Source: Hemiscyllium ocellatum | Lineage: Eukaryota | Length of the DNA: 64,000 nt | NCBI RefSeq assembly: GCF_020745735.1 | Contig: NC_083421.1 | Location: 40,415,001 to 40,479,000, forward strand | Direction: 5' to 3' | Shown here: positions 12,911 through 24,740 of the stretch, piece after piece | How the letters are laid out: every line of letters starts with the position of its first letter | How positions within the stretch are numbered: position 1 is the first letter of the stretch | Position numbers and translations under genes: made by a program | Notes under the pieces: model-generated | Told to the model about the DNA's origin: nothing | The model's database searches: none | What the model saw: only the letters and a program-made list of their open reading frames with translations

Positions 12911-15258
12911 GTACATATATATTCTCTCAGTGATTTGGGTGAAACTCCTGGAGAGGAAATAGTGTTTAGAAGTTCTCAACATTAGGGATTTGTTCAAAAG
13001 AATTCTTGGTAAATGAGACTTTAGATTCTGTACAGGGATGACCAAAGAAAACTGTTCAAAAGATTGCACTGTCAGTGTGGCGCGAGATCAAACAGTGGCT
13101 GGATGAAACAAAGGGGCAGAGATTCCTGCAACCTTACTTATTCTTCTGCTTTGTATTTAAGCTTCTGTACCTTGGTAGTTTTGTACCTAAGATGGCGCCG
13201 TAAATGGTGACTTGTAAGTACAAGTGATAAAGCTAATTCTAAGTTCACAATCTCAACCACAGTGTGTAGAAACAAAACAGGAAAAGTCAGTAGTCATCAG
13301 TGGGGGAAGAAAAATTCTAAGTTAAGCAGAGTCTGCGGTAGCATTCCTCTTAAATGTCACAAGGAGCAATATTGTATTGAACTGGAGTCGATAACTGAAC
13401 AATGTTCGCGTCAGTTATTCCTTTTTTAGTGATGGAACATTTATAGTTCAGATGGATATTCATTTGGTGAATGAAAGACCAAAGCAGGATATGATTTGTG
13501 CATGCTATATAATTTTCAACCTTAACTGAGGAGGCAGCATTAAGTTTAAACTGAGGTGAAGTATTTGTAATCATTAAGGAAGAGCAACAAGTCAATGAAT
13601 CTTGGGAAACTGTGCTTTGGTATTTTCAACAAGCAGTTCAGGAACAAGGCATTCTCCATCTGCATATTATATTGGGAAATATTCCATTGTCCGCAACTCA
13701 ACAAAATCAATTTTAATGTCCATAACCCTAGGTTAGGGAAAGAAAACAAATATTTTAGCCTTGTTGCTAAATGTAGAACAGAAAATCATGGCAAGGATGT
13801 TGGGGGTCTATCCCACCTGACTGGTACCTCAGATCATCATCAAAAACAGAAATTGCTGGTGAAACTCAGCAGTCTGGCAGCATCTGCTTTTGTTTCTGAT
13901 CTCTAGCATTTGCAGTTCTTCGTTTTATTTTCTGAAATTTTGTAATAATTTGTAACATTCACAGCATCCTTTTTTCTGTAAATAATTGTAGTTATATGAC
14001 ACAGCATAGGAGTCATCCAGTTTGCCAAGCTACAAGAACAAAGGTAGCTCGAGTTTTGTAGAACAAAGTCTGACACAAAACAGAAAAGAGAAGTTTGGAA
14101 TATCAAACAAGCAGTTTTCAAAGCAGCAAAATTCAACATATCAGTAACACATTTTTCTGACGCTATCACCTTATCAAAAAAATAATTCATTAATCAAAGT
14201 CAGAATGTTGACTTGGCAAAGTAATGTTCAAGTTGATTGCAGGATCAAGCAACAGGTCAAAGGCAGATCCTGACAAATGTAATTCATGATTCCAGGCACC
14301 TTGAAAGTCTAATTTTTTTTTTAAATCTACTTTGCTGAAACGACAGACATAAGAAAAAGAGTAACTGGCCAGTTTTGTTGGTTTCTTTGCTGAAGAATTA
14401 AGAATGTAGAATTCCCCAGAACAAAATCTAAAATTAGACATCTCTCCATTTGGAAATATTTTGAGCAGGATTTTTTCTTTTATTATTGTTATTCAAGAGA
14501 TGTGTCTTGATGGCTACACCAGTATTTGTTGCCCATTTCCTAAAAACCCTTGAACAATTGGTGAATTGGCTTCTAAAGCCCATGGTTCATTCAGTGAAGG
14601 TACGTGCACAGTACTGTTTGAAGAGAGTTCCAGGAGTGTGACCAGACGATTGTGACAGTAGAGAAAGCATTTGCCAATTTAAATCATTTAATTCCAGTTA
14701 AAATAGTAGATAACTAATTATCATATAAATACTTCAGTGTGTTAAATAAAAGCACTAAATAAAATTGAAGACTAATTTAAATATATAGAAGTGATCATCA
14801 CACAGTTATGCTTAGCAATTTATTAAATCATTTATTACTGGATTAACATTAAGATTTTGTTTGGTCTTTGGAAAATTAACATGAAACATTAGTTAGAAAA
14901 ATATTTTTGGCCACTAGGTCCTTATACAAGGAAAGGAAAAATCCAGTGACTCTCAATGATACAAAAACAAAGTTCTGGAGAAATTCATCAGGTCTGGCTA
15001 CTTCCCTGGAAAGAAAAATAAAGACAATGTTTCAAGTCCAACGACCTTTTGTCAGAATTCTGAGTGGTAAGTGTGCCACTGTGGACATTGATAAGGGTAC
15101 AATTTCAGCTTTCCTGTGATTTCCTTGAAAGCTCAATGGTCTGTCTGGCTTTTTAATGAAAAGTTGCTGCTTAAGCAAATACCAGGGCAACTGCCAGAGA
15201 GTTTCAGATAAGGCCAAACTTTGAAGATTGTAAAGAGAGTTGAGAAAATTTAACTTAC

Positions 15259-15351
15259 TCTTAGGTCTTTTGATTGCCTTTTTGTTTCTCTCAGTCCTAC
15301 TTCGGCCAGTTTTAACCTGATTGATAGCATCTTTGACAAATTTCACTTCAT
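15259..15351 (-). CDS. Zinc-finger gene linker exon (93 nt, phase 1-1): (D)EVKFVKDAINQVKTGRSRTERNKKAIKRPK, basic and NLS-like
   Basis: Acceptor ttttcttgacctgcag, donor AGA|gtaagt; open frame. Confidence 0.82.
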
Positions 15352-15475
15352 CTGCAGGTCAAGAAAATGTGCAAAGTAAAAATAAAATACTGTAATTAAG
15401 CTAAAGAAAATTATTTTGTGTCCTTCCTTTTGAAAAATATCCTGTGTGTTTAAACAAAGCAGACCAAAAACCTAC

Positions 15476-15559
15476 CTGATAATTTCTGTTCACCATTTTC
15501 ATCGATGTTGGATTTGACCAAAAATGTAACATTATTTATTTGAATCTTGGTGCTGCACA
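15476..15559 (-). pseudogene. Paralogous exon copy lacking its in-frame acceptor: CSTKIQINNVTFLVKSNIDENGEQKLS
   Basis: Aligns with exon 22294-22377; good donor CAG|gtaggt; shared intronic TTTAAACAAAGCAGA; upstream sequence replaced by a truncated MITE. Confidence 0.6.
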
Positions 15560-15824
15560 GGGTTGGGGGCAGGGGCGTGGTGTTGGGGGCAGGGGAGGTG
15601 TTAGACGGGATTGAGGGGACAGTGTTAGATGGTGTGGGAGAGGTGATGCACGGCGTGGGGTGGGGGCAGGGTTGGGGGTTGGCGCCTCTGGCGCTGTATG
15701 CTTCTGCAATCTCCTGAACGAGGAACGGACATTAGAAACTCCGAGGGGAAAAGCATTTAATCGATTATCTGAAGAATGAAATAGAGCCCGCCCATCACGT
15801 TAGAATACTCGAAGTTTCCCTATA
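15558..15824. mobile_element. Truncated Tc1/mariner (Tigger-like) MITE remnant, G-rich
   Basis: G-rich body followed by a degenerate TIR-like end (…CCCATCACGTTAGAATACTCGAAGTTTCCCTA-TA); the other end is missing. Confidence 0.5.
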
Positions 15825-17466
15825 TATGAGCATCACAGTAAAATTCTCAAATGAGCAATAGGCAATGTGTCTAACTCAGTCAGTTCTGATCAGAAGAAAA
15901 CAATGAAACTCATGGCTGAAGTACTGCTAATGGTCCCACAATTAATCTTCTACAACACAAGAACTAGGAGCAGGAGTTGGCAAGTTCAGCCCCTCAAGCC
16001 CGAAGCCTGTTCTGGCATTTAAAATGATCTTTGTAGATCTCATCTCTGAACTCCACTTTCCTGCATGTTCCCCATAACCCGTTAAGCCATTACTAATTAA
16101 AAATCTGTCTCCTCAAAATTTATACAGTATCCACTGCAGTGTGGGATAATGAATTCCAAGAGAGAAGTTTTTTTTAAGATGAAATCATCCAAATTAAAGC
16201 TAAAATATTGGGTACAGGTTGACAAAACGTTTCTGATTATGTTTACCGAATAATTTGATAGTTGAGGAGCTTTGACAGGACATTGGCAGACAATAAAATC
16301 AATTACTAATTGGTCAAACATTTTTTTTGAATACATGTAAGACACTTATTTTCAGAAGCAAGTCTGAAGTATTTCATAGTATATGTTGATTTTAAATAAA
16401 TGCTGTGTCTTAATATTACACTATCATAATTATCACGACCGCTTTCACCTAAGTTTAAGATAGTTTTGTGAGATTTTAAAGAAGATTTGCTGCTCGGGTT
16501 GAGATTCAGGTTACAAGTTTACTCACTGAGCTGACAGGTTTGTTCTCTGATGTTTCATCACCAAGCTACATTTCATCATCAGTGAGCCTCCAGTGAAGCA
16601 CTGGTGTTCTGTCCCGCTTTCTATTTGTGTCTTGGTCTGTTCAGGTGGGTGATATCATTTCCCGTTCTTTTTCTCAGAGGTTGGTAAATGGGGCCGAAAT
16701 CTTTGTGTTTATTGATGGAATTCCAGGTTGAATGCCCGGCCTCTAGGAATTCCTAGTGTGTCTCTGTTTAGCCTGTCCCAGGATGGATATGTTGTTCCAG
16801 TCGAGTGCTGTCCTCCTTCATCTGTAAGTAAGGATATTAGTGGTAGTGGGTCATGTCTTTTTGTGACTAGTTGGTGTTCGAGTATCCTGGTGGCTAGTTT
16901 TCTGCCTGTCTGTCTAATGTAGAGTTTGTTGCAGTCCTTGCAGGATATTTTGTAAATGACATTCGTTTTGCTGGTTGTTGGTATAGGGTCCTTTAGGTTC
17001 ATCTGTAGCTGTTCCAGTGTGTTGGGAGGTTTTTGGGCTACCATGACGCCACAATGCAATGGGAAAATTTCGCGCCAAAGTACTTTATACATCAACGCGA
17101 CAGGCCATGTATGGACAAGCACACTAGAACAAGTCATCAGCATCAAACAACAGGAGACCAAGAAAAATTGGACAAGCTCTCACACAAAAAAAGCATCACA
17201 AACACTTCAGAAGCTTGGATTAAAAACCTATCGGACCAACCACTAACAGATGCTGACAAAGCCGTCCTCGTAAGAGGGATGATGTACAACTCCCGAGATG
17301 CAGACATAAAGGACTTCTTAGCAGCGTTAGAATCAACCCTGAAAGACAACGGACTCACAGAAGAAACCCAGCAGACCATCAGACAGACAGTAGCACCAAC
17401 ACTAAGCAGGAAGAAAGAAGGGAACACCCTCAATACACAGGAAAAGAAAGCCCTGGAAGGACTCAG

Positions 17467-17690
17467 GGGAGAAAGTGAGGTCTGCAGATGCTGGAGATCA
17501 GAGCTGAAAATGTGTTGCTGGAAAAGTGCAGCAGGTCAGGCAGCATCCAAGGAGCAGGAGATTCGACGTTTCGGGCACAAGCCTTTCCTCAGGAATGATT
17601 CCTGAGGAAGGGCTTGTGCCCGAAACGTCGAATCTCCTGCTCCTTGGATGCTGCCTGACCTGCTGCGCTTTTCCAGCAACACATTTTCAG
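17467..17690. mobile_element. Fold-back (palindromic) non-autonomous element with twin hammerhead motifs, copy 1
   Basis: About 94-bp inverted arms around position 17597; 15-bp TSD CCTGGAAGGACTCAG / CCTAGAAGGACTCAG (17452-17466, 17691-17705). Confidence 0.9.
17598..17633 (+). ncRNA. Minimal type I hammerhead ribozyme motif
   Basis: ATTC-CTGAGGA-AGGGCTTGTGCCC-GAAA-CGTC-GAAT: core boxes, stem II and stem I (ATTC/GAAT) all present. Confidence 0.75.
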
Positions 17691-18789
17691 CCTAGAAGGA
17701 CTCAGAAAAGACTATCATTGTAAGCCGACTGGCAGGCAAACAGCACATGACCATCACTCTGAACAGAACACAGTACATAGAAAGACTAACTCCCTGCTTG
17801 CAGATACGACACTTAACAGATAGACCTGACTCCACAGCTAGAAAACTGGATCACAGTTGGATTGAAGAAGCTTCATAAATCAGGCCAAATTAACAATACA
17901 GATCCCCAAAAAAATGAAAACCAATGGATCCAACACACGCCACTTCTATGGATTACCTCTGGTACACAAACCATGGCCCTCCTCAGACTCAATAGTCCTA
18001 CTCCCTGGCACACCGACGTACAGACTATCAAAAGAAACTCCACCGCAAACTGAAATATCTAGAAGACTCATGTCACATTGTCCACTCCACCCAAGAATTC
18101 CTGAACGTCAAAGACACCAAGCTAGAAGAGGATGAAATAATGGTCTCCTTTACCGTAATAGCCCTATTCACATCAATTACCGTCAGCCTGGCCATAGAAA
18201 CACTGACTGCACTACTAGATGGACAAACAATCCAAACACCAGACAGCACCAACTTCTTCAGCAAGGACAACATCTTCAAGCTAGTAGACCTGTGCCTCAC
18301 TACCTACTTCACCTTCAATGACAAGACCTACAAACAAATCAAGAGAACACTCAAGGGATTACCAATATCAGGCTTCTTAGCTGAGGCAGTAATGCAGAGA
18401 CTCAAAAAACCAGCTCTCCCCACAATCCACCCCAAACTTGTGATCCGCTACATGGAAGACTCCTTTGTCATCATAAAACAGAACAAATTAGAGGAAACCT
18501 ATAATATCATCAACAACATCCTTACTGGCATAAATTTCAAAAAGAGGAGGAGAACACCAACAGACTCCCTTTCCTAGATTTCACAGTAGAATGGATAGTT
18601 AATGGAGAACTGCAGACCACTGACTACAGGCAAGCAACACACTGACCAGATACTCAACTACAGGAGCAATTATCCAACACCCACAAATGGAGCTACATCA
18701 AAATATTATTTAAGTGAGCCACAACACACTGCAGCACCCAGGAACTATGAGTAGCAGAAGAAAAATACATACATAGCGTATATACCAAT

Positions 18790-19280
18790 TCAAAGTTTGG
18801 GAGAAGATTTGTAGCTCGGGTGCTCGTTGTTGTGGTTCTGTTTGCCGAGCTGGGAGTTTGTGTTGCAAACGTTTTGTCCCCTTTCTAGGTGACATCCTCA
18901 GTGCTTGGGAGCCTCCTGTGAAGCGCTTCTGTCATGTTTCCTTCGGCATTTATAGTGGCTTGTCTCTGCCGCTTCAGTCAGGTGCTGTCCGCTGCAGTGG
19001 CCTGTATATTGAGTCTAGGTCGATGTATTTATTGATAGAATCAGTGGATGAGTGCCATGCCTCTAGGAATTCCCTGGCTGTTCTCTGTTTGGTTTGCGCT
19101 ATAATAGTAGTATTGTCCCAGTTGAATTCATGTTGTTTGTCATCTGTGTATGTGGCTACTAAGGATAGCTGGTCGTGTCGTTTCGTGGCTAGTTGGTGTT
19201 CGTGGATGCGGGTTGTTAGCTGTCTTCCTGTTTGTCCTATGTAGTGTTTTGTGCAGTCCTTGCATGGGATTTTGTACACT
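18790..19280 (-). mobile_element. Second-family Penelope-like 3' fragment nested in the element at 16477-19860
   Basis: GIY-YIG ORF 18974-19285 (YKIPCKDCTKHYIGQTGRQL...EFLEAWHS); same family as 39824-44556. Confidence 0.88.
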
Positions 19281-19978
19281 ACCATACATCAATGACATCT
19301 CTGAGATGACTACCAAACTACTCCAACCCCTTGGCATCATAGTAACCCACAAATCTACCAACACACTGAAACAGCTACTGATGAACCTAAAGGAAATTGA
19401 ATGTCATTTACAAAATACCTTTCAAGGACTGTAACAAACATTGCATTGGACAGACAGGCAGAAAACTAGCACCAAGATACTTGAACACCAACGGGCCACC
19501 AAAAGACATGACCCACTTACACTAGTATCCTTACACACAGACGAAGAAGGATGTCACTTCGACTGGGACAACATATCCATCCTAGGACAGGGTAAACAGA
19601 GAAACACATGGGAATTCCTAGAGACCTGGCATTCAAAGTTGAACTGCATTAATAAAAATATTGATTTGGACCCCATTTACCAACCTCTTGAGAAAAAGAA
19701 CAGGAAATAATATGACCCACTGTAACAGACCAAGACATGCAAACAGAAAGTGGGACTGAACACCAGACCTTCAGCAGAGGCTCACTGATGATGTTACCTA
19801 CCATGGTGATAAAATGTCTGCGATCAAACCTGTCAGCTCAGTGAGCAAACCTACAAGCTGAGTTTTGTGAGATTTATTCATGTGTAATAGGTTAAACTAT
19901 AAGAAATAGGAACAGCTTGCTTTGATGTTCCTCATTTCCACTTTCCTGCCCACTTCTAACCAAAAATCCATTTTGCCT

Positions 19979-20050
19979 TCCTTGGTGGTGTAGTGGTTAG
20001 GAATCAGCACGCTCACCACTGCGGTCCGGGTTCGATTCCCGCTGAGGGAG
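19979..20050 (+). pseudogene. tRNA-Glu(CTC) pseudogene
   Basis: TCCTTGGTGGTGTAGTGGTTAGGAATCAGCACGCTCACCACTGCGGTCCGGGTTCGATTCCCGCTGAGGGAG is colinear with vertebrate tRNA-Glu-CTC but has stem-breaking substitutions; TTTT follows. Confidence 0.8.
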
Positions 20051-20118
20051 TGTGAGTTTTCCTCTGCTCATTTATCATGGTGACAGTGTTCCAGAAGCAG
20101 GAAATAGTGTGTAGCTGT

Positions 20119-20430
20119 GGGCAGCATGATGGCTCAGTGGTTAGCACTGCTGCCTTACAGCATCAGTGACCCAGATTCGATTCCAGCTTCGGGTGTGTGT
20201 GTGGAGCTCGCACATTCTCCCCATGTCTGCGTGGGTTTTCTCTGGGTGCTCCAGTTTCCTCTCTCATTCCAAAGATGTGCAGGTTAGGTGGATTGGCTAT
20301 GCTAAATTGAACAGAGTGTTTGGTGCATTAATCACTAGGAAATGTGTCTGGGTGAGTTTCCTCGGAGGGTCGGTGCAGACTTGTTGGGCCAAATAACCTG
20401 GTCTCCACACTGTAGGGTATCTCATCTATC
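20119..20430 (+). mobile_element. HE1-type SINE
   Basis: tRNA-like head TGGCTCAGTGGTTAGCACTGCTGCC and conserved body. Confidence 0.8.
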
Positions 20431-21440
20431 TCAGCCTTAAACATACATAAAGTATACTACTCCCACAACTCTCCTTGGCAAGGAGTTCTGAAGATTTTCA
20501 ACCCTCAGAAGAAATTCTTCCTCATCTCAGTCTTAAATTGACATCCCTTTATCCCGAGACCTTGTCCTCCGGTTCTAGACTGCCCCATGAAGGGAAACAT
20601 CCTCTCAGCATTTACCCAGTCGAGTCCCTGTGGAAGTCTATATGTTTCGATAAGATTTCCTCTTATTCTTCTAAATTCCAGTGATTGAAGTCCAACTGAT
20701 TTAGTCTTTGCTCAAAAAGATGATTCTTTTTACCAGGGCTCATCTTAGTCAACCTTCTCTGAACCTCCTCCAATGGAATATCTTTCCTTAAATAATTGGA
20801 CCAAAACTGCTGAAGTACTCCAGATGTGGTCTCTCTAGCACCTTGCACAGTTGTAGTAAGACTTCCCTACTCTTATACTTCAAACCCTTTGAAATAAGGG
20901 CCATGATTCCATTTGCCTTCCTGATCACCTGCTGCCTCTGTGTGCTCGTTTTCTGTTATTTCATGGACAAGTAACCCCCAAGTCCTTTTGTATAGCAGCT
21001 TTCCTCCATTTAAATAAGTATTCTTTTGTTCTCCTTTCCTAAATGAACTTCACATTTTACCTCATTATGCTCCATTTGCCAAGTTTTTGCTCACTTGCCT
21101 AACATATTTCTCAGTAAACTTTTTGTATCCCTTTGCAGCCTGTTTTTCCACCTATTTTTGTGTTGTCTGCAAATCCGGCAACATTACATTCACTTCCTTT
21201 CTCCAAGTCATTAATATATATTGTAAATAGTAACTGTCTCAGCAATGATCCCTGTGGAAACCCACAAGTGATAGCTCGCCAACCTGTAAAAGGAATCTTT
21301 TATCCCTACTCACTCTCTCCTGACTCATTAGCCAATTCTCTATCCATGCCAAGGTACTATCTCCAACACCTTGGCTCTGATCTTATGACTTATCTGTTTG
21401 TGAGGTACCTGTCAAACACCTTCTGGAAGTCCAAATACAA
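20431..21440 (-). mobile_element. Decayed CR1 RT/3' fragment
   Basis: Antisense CR1 RT motifs (e.g. LDFQKVFDRY; LEEVQRRLTKM). Confidence 0.75.
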
Positions 21441-22106
21441 CAGGTTACTTTGTTATAACTCCAAAGATAAGGCTTCAAAGGATGCAATAAGGAGTCTGAG
21501 AAAACATTTCAGCAACGCCTCTGACTTGAGCAAATTGTCTCCATTTCCAAATGAAACAAACAGAAATTGTTGGAAAAACTCAGCAAGTCTGGCAGCATTT
21601 GTAGAGAAAAAGCAGAGTTAATGTTTTGGGTGCAATGACCCATCTTCAGAACCTCAGAATGTTAAGAAGAATGACAGCATCAGAATGTTGAATGTAGGGA
21701 ACTGCAACACCCATTTGGCACATAGTTTTGTTGATTTTTGGTATCTTTCTATCAACTAAACACTTTTTAATTGTGTTTATTATGGAATAAATACCGGCCA
21801 GAGTACTAGGAGAATACAAGTTCTATAACTAATTGCATCAAGGAATCTTTACCTCAGTCTAATGGGGCAGAAGCATTTAAAGACAACACTTTTAATAATG
21901 CAACCTCCCATCATTCCTTAGAGTTTCACTCTGGTTATGGGCTGAAATGCGACTTGAACATGAGACCTTCTGACTCAGACAAGAGTGTTACCAGTGAGCC
22001 AAGATCACATTTGCAGCTGTGATCTCCAGCATCTGCAGACCTCATTTTTTACTATCTAATGGTTAACATTAGCATTCAAAGATCAACAATATAAATAACA
22101 ATTTAC

Positions 22107-22178
22107 CATGAGACAAGACACTCACAGACATGTCTCTAGCTGTCTCATTCACACAGGTTGCTCTTTTGAGAGATGCTG
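22107..22178 (-). CDS. Zinc-finger gene linker exon (72 nt, phase 1-1): (A)ASLKRATCVNETARDMSVSVLSH
   Basis: Strong acceptor tttcctgtcctacag (NAGNAG), donor ATG|gtaaat; a competing internal donor TCT|gtgagt would be out of frame. Confidence 0.65.
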
Positions 22179-22293
22179 CTGTAGGACAGGAAACCCACAC
22201 AAAAAAAAAATCAGAAAGGCATTGTAAAGATATTACATATAAAAGGTATTCTGCATGCCTTGTAACTTTAAACAAAGCAGATTGGTAACATAC

Positions 22294-22377
22294 CTGGTGA
22301 TTTTAACAGCCCATTTTCAACAATGCACATGCTTTTCACAGATTTAACATTGCTAATTTGGACATCAGTTAAGCAAT
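22294..22377 (-). CDS. Zinc-finger gene linker exon (84 nt, phase 1-1): (N)CLTDVQISNVKSVKSMCIVENGLLKSP
   Basis: Acceptor gtctggtttacag, donor CAG|gtatgt; open frame. Confidence 0.8.
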
Positions 22378-22955
22378 CTGTAAACCAGACACAATGTACA
22401 ATTTTACTCCAAGCTCAAACAATGAACTGTATTAATGATGCAAACCAAATTTTCAAAGTACTAAGTTGCAAAGATAAAACAAATAAATTACATTTAATAT
22501 TTGTATAAGTCTCTAAAAATTAATTAAATTTAACTTCGGTAACATAACTCAGTTAAGTTTCTCGATGACATTTCAATTAAGGTGATTATTTTTGAATTTA
22601 AAGGTGTTAATCCGAGAAACTCAAAGGAAAAATACTTGTAATTAGGATCTACAGGCATTATTGGCTTTTAATAAGGAAATTAATTACCAAACAATAAAAC
22701 CTTAAATTATTTTGACCTGAATAGAAAGATGACCAATTCTCTTATGCAGGAAAGACATTTGAATTACTAGTTTAAAGTGTAACTAAATTGGGAATAACCC
22801 TTTCATTGATGTTTTGTAAAAACATGAAAAAGAAAGACCGTAGAATTGCTGGAATTATTTGGCACAGTTCCAGCATTCACAGTGAATGGAGTAAACTAGC
22901 AGAAATTGTTGGCAGAATGTCCGAGATGGACTTTTCTGTTGAAGATGAGACTCAC

Positions 22956-23129
22956 TGTCATGGTGCCGTTCAACATGTCTCTTGAGTTCTGATGGTCGTC
23001 GAAACTTTTGATCACACAGTATGCATACATGGGGCCTACACCTCTGATGTACAAACTGAATATGGTCTGCCAAGCCACTCTTTCGTGAAAAGATTACTCC
23101 ACACAATTGACAGATATTATTGAACTGAC
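22956..23129 (-). CDS. Zinc-finger gene exon (174 nt, phase 1-1), C2H2 fingers 2-3: GQFNNICQLCGVIFSRKSGLADHIQFVHQRCRPHVCILCDQKFRRPSELKRHVERHHD
   Basis: Acceptor ttttccttatag, donor ACA|gtgagt; two canonical C2H2 motifs, overlapping ORF 22855-23106. Confidence 0.94.
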
Positions 23130-24089
23130 CTATAAGGAAAATAATGAATGCGTTAGGCTCTGATTATGGAACACACAGTTTGTAGTGTAATGGCATAGCA
23201 AATAGAAACAGAAATCACCGCAGGCTTTTGACCATCTGAGAAAAAGATAGGTTTGCTCAGCATAATAGCCACTACCTGTTCCAAACAGAATTGTTTTTCC
23301 AATGTGTTTTGTGTCAAATATCCAGCAGCTGCTATAGTGCTGAAACATGGATTTTCTTTCCAATAAATCACAGGAAAATTTACTCCACATAAAATTCATC
23401 ACCAGCAGAAAATATACAAGATCACTTGTCATTGGAAATGTATTTGATATGTGTTGCATGCTTCTCTTAAGAACGATGGTATCACATGGCGAGCCAACAA
23501 AAATGGAGTAAATATTGCTGAAAAAAAACATTGTGGAAGCTTCTTGTTTGGCAGTCATCAGGACAAGGTGCAAGAATACTAATCTGAAAGAGAACAACAT
23601 TGTCCTGTCTGAGCAAAGTGTGCTAATTGGTTGGCAAGTTAGTTAATGAATTCAGAGTTAACTGCCATACTATCTTTAAATTTAAATTTAAACCAGGCAA
23701 GTTGACTCTGATTTTGCACCTGTTCCAAAGAATGGCAACAGCCATTCTCTGGTTAATTTTTCAAGGCTATTCACAGTCAGATATCATATAACTACGTTCT
23801 CCACAGGGACTTCCCCACCAGAAGCAACCTGCAAACATTGAGCTCATTTTGTTCATACAGTATAAAAATGTTGTTCCCCTTTCCATTAATTTTTTGCAAA
23901 CTGTCCTGATGAATACAAGTTGAAAAGCTTTGACAAAACATATCCTTTGTCAATAAAACAACTACATGAATGCTGGATTTCCAGAGGACACCTTGTGGAG
24001 TGGGTTGATACGTGGCAGATGAAATATATTTCAAAAAATAAGATTTCGGTAGTATGAATAAAGAACAACTAAACCAGGTAAATGGTACA

Positions 24090-24740
24090 ATGAGAAGAGG
24101 TACAAGCAAAAAGGACACCCTTGTGTATCATACATAAATTCTTGAAGGTATCAGGATATATGAACAATGTAGTTGAAAAAACAGAAACCTAAAGTTTATG
24201 AACAAAGGAATAATATACAAGAGCCAACAAGCTTTACTAACCTGGAATACTGTCTCCAATTCTGGTCAAAACACTTCAGAAAATGCATGATGCTTTGAAA
24301 AGTATACAGAGCACATACACTAGAATTATTTCAGGGGTTAAACATTAGTTATTGGATAGACTAGAGAAGCTTGGCATGCTCTCATTTGATAGAGTGGGGT
24401 CTAAAATTATGAATGGCTTGAATAGAATAAATAAAGTGAAACTGTTCTAATGGTCCACAGGTTTAATAAAAGGAGTACTGAGATTTAAGGTGGTTGGTAA
24501 AATAAAAAGGAGGTGACAGAAGGAAAATTGTTTCTTTTTAAATGCAACAAATGTTTAGGATTAGGAATATATTGTCGGGTTAGAGTGGTTAGGGAAGGAA
24601 AGGCGAATTTGGTCATAAGGGAGTTAGACCAAACAAGCAGCAATATGCAAAAAGAATAGGACTGGCAGACAACTGGATTGCACTTTGAAAGCCCCTGCAC
24701 ATTCTTAATGGGTCACGTAGTTCCTTTCCATGTAGTACTC
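24090..24740 (+). mobile_element. Highly decayed CR1 3' fragment
   Basis: Degenerate LEYCLQFWS-type motif and CR1 3' UTR resemblance. Confidence 0.55.

Larger units (their letters stand above)
16477..19860 (+). mobile_element. Penelope-like retroelement (RT + GIY-YIG, decayed) with inverted 5' copy of its 3' end
   Basis: Perfect 15-bp TSD AGTTTTGTGAGATTT (16462-16476, 19861-19875). RT motifs (FYGLPLVHKP, MVSFTVIALFTSI, GLPISGFLAEAVM, RYMEDSF). GIY-YIG remnant (NVIYKISCKDCNKLYIRQTGRKL) in inverted segment ~16480-17045. Confidence 0.92.

Noticed and set aside
17504-17690. Palindromes as CRISPR, terminators or miRNA hairpins
   Set aside because: The DNA is eukaryotic with no repeat-spacer array. 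The palindromes are dispersed TSD-flanked insertions of one repeat family.
23130-23600. 156-aa minus-strand ORF adjacent to the double-finger exon
   Set aside because: No recognisable domain, and no splice-site pair giving a phase-compatible exon.
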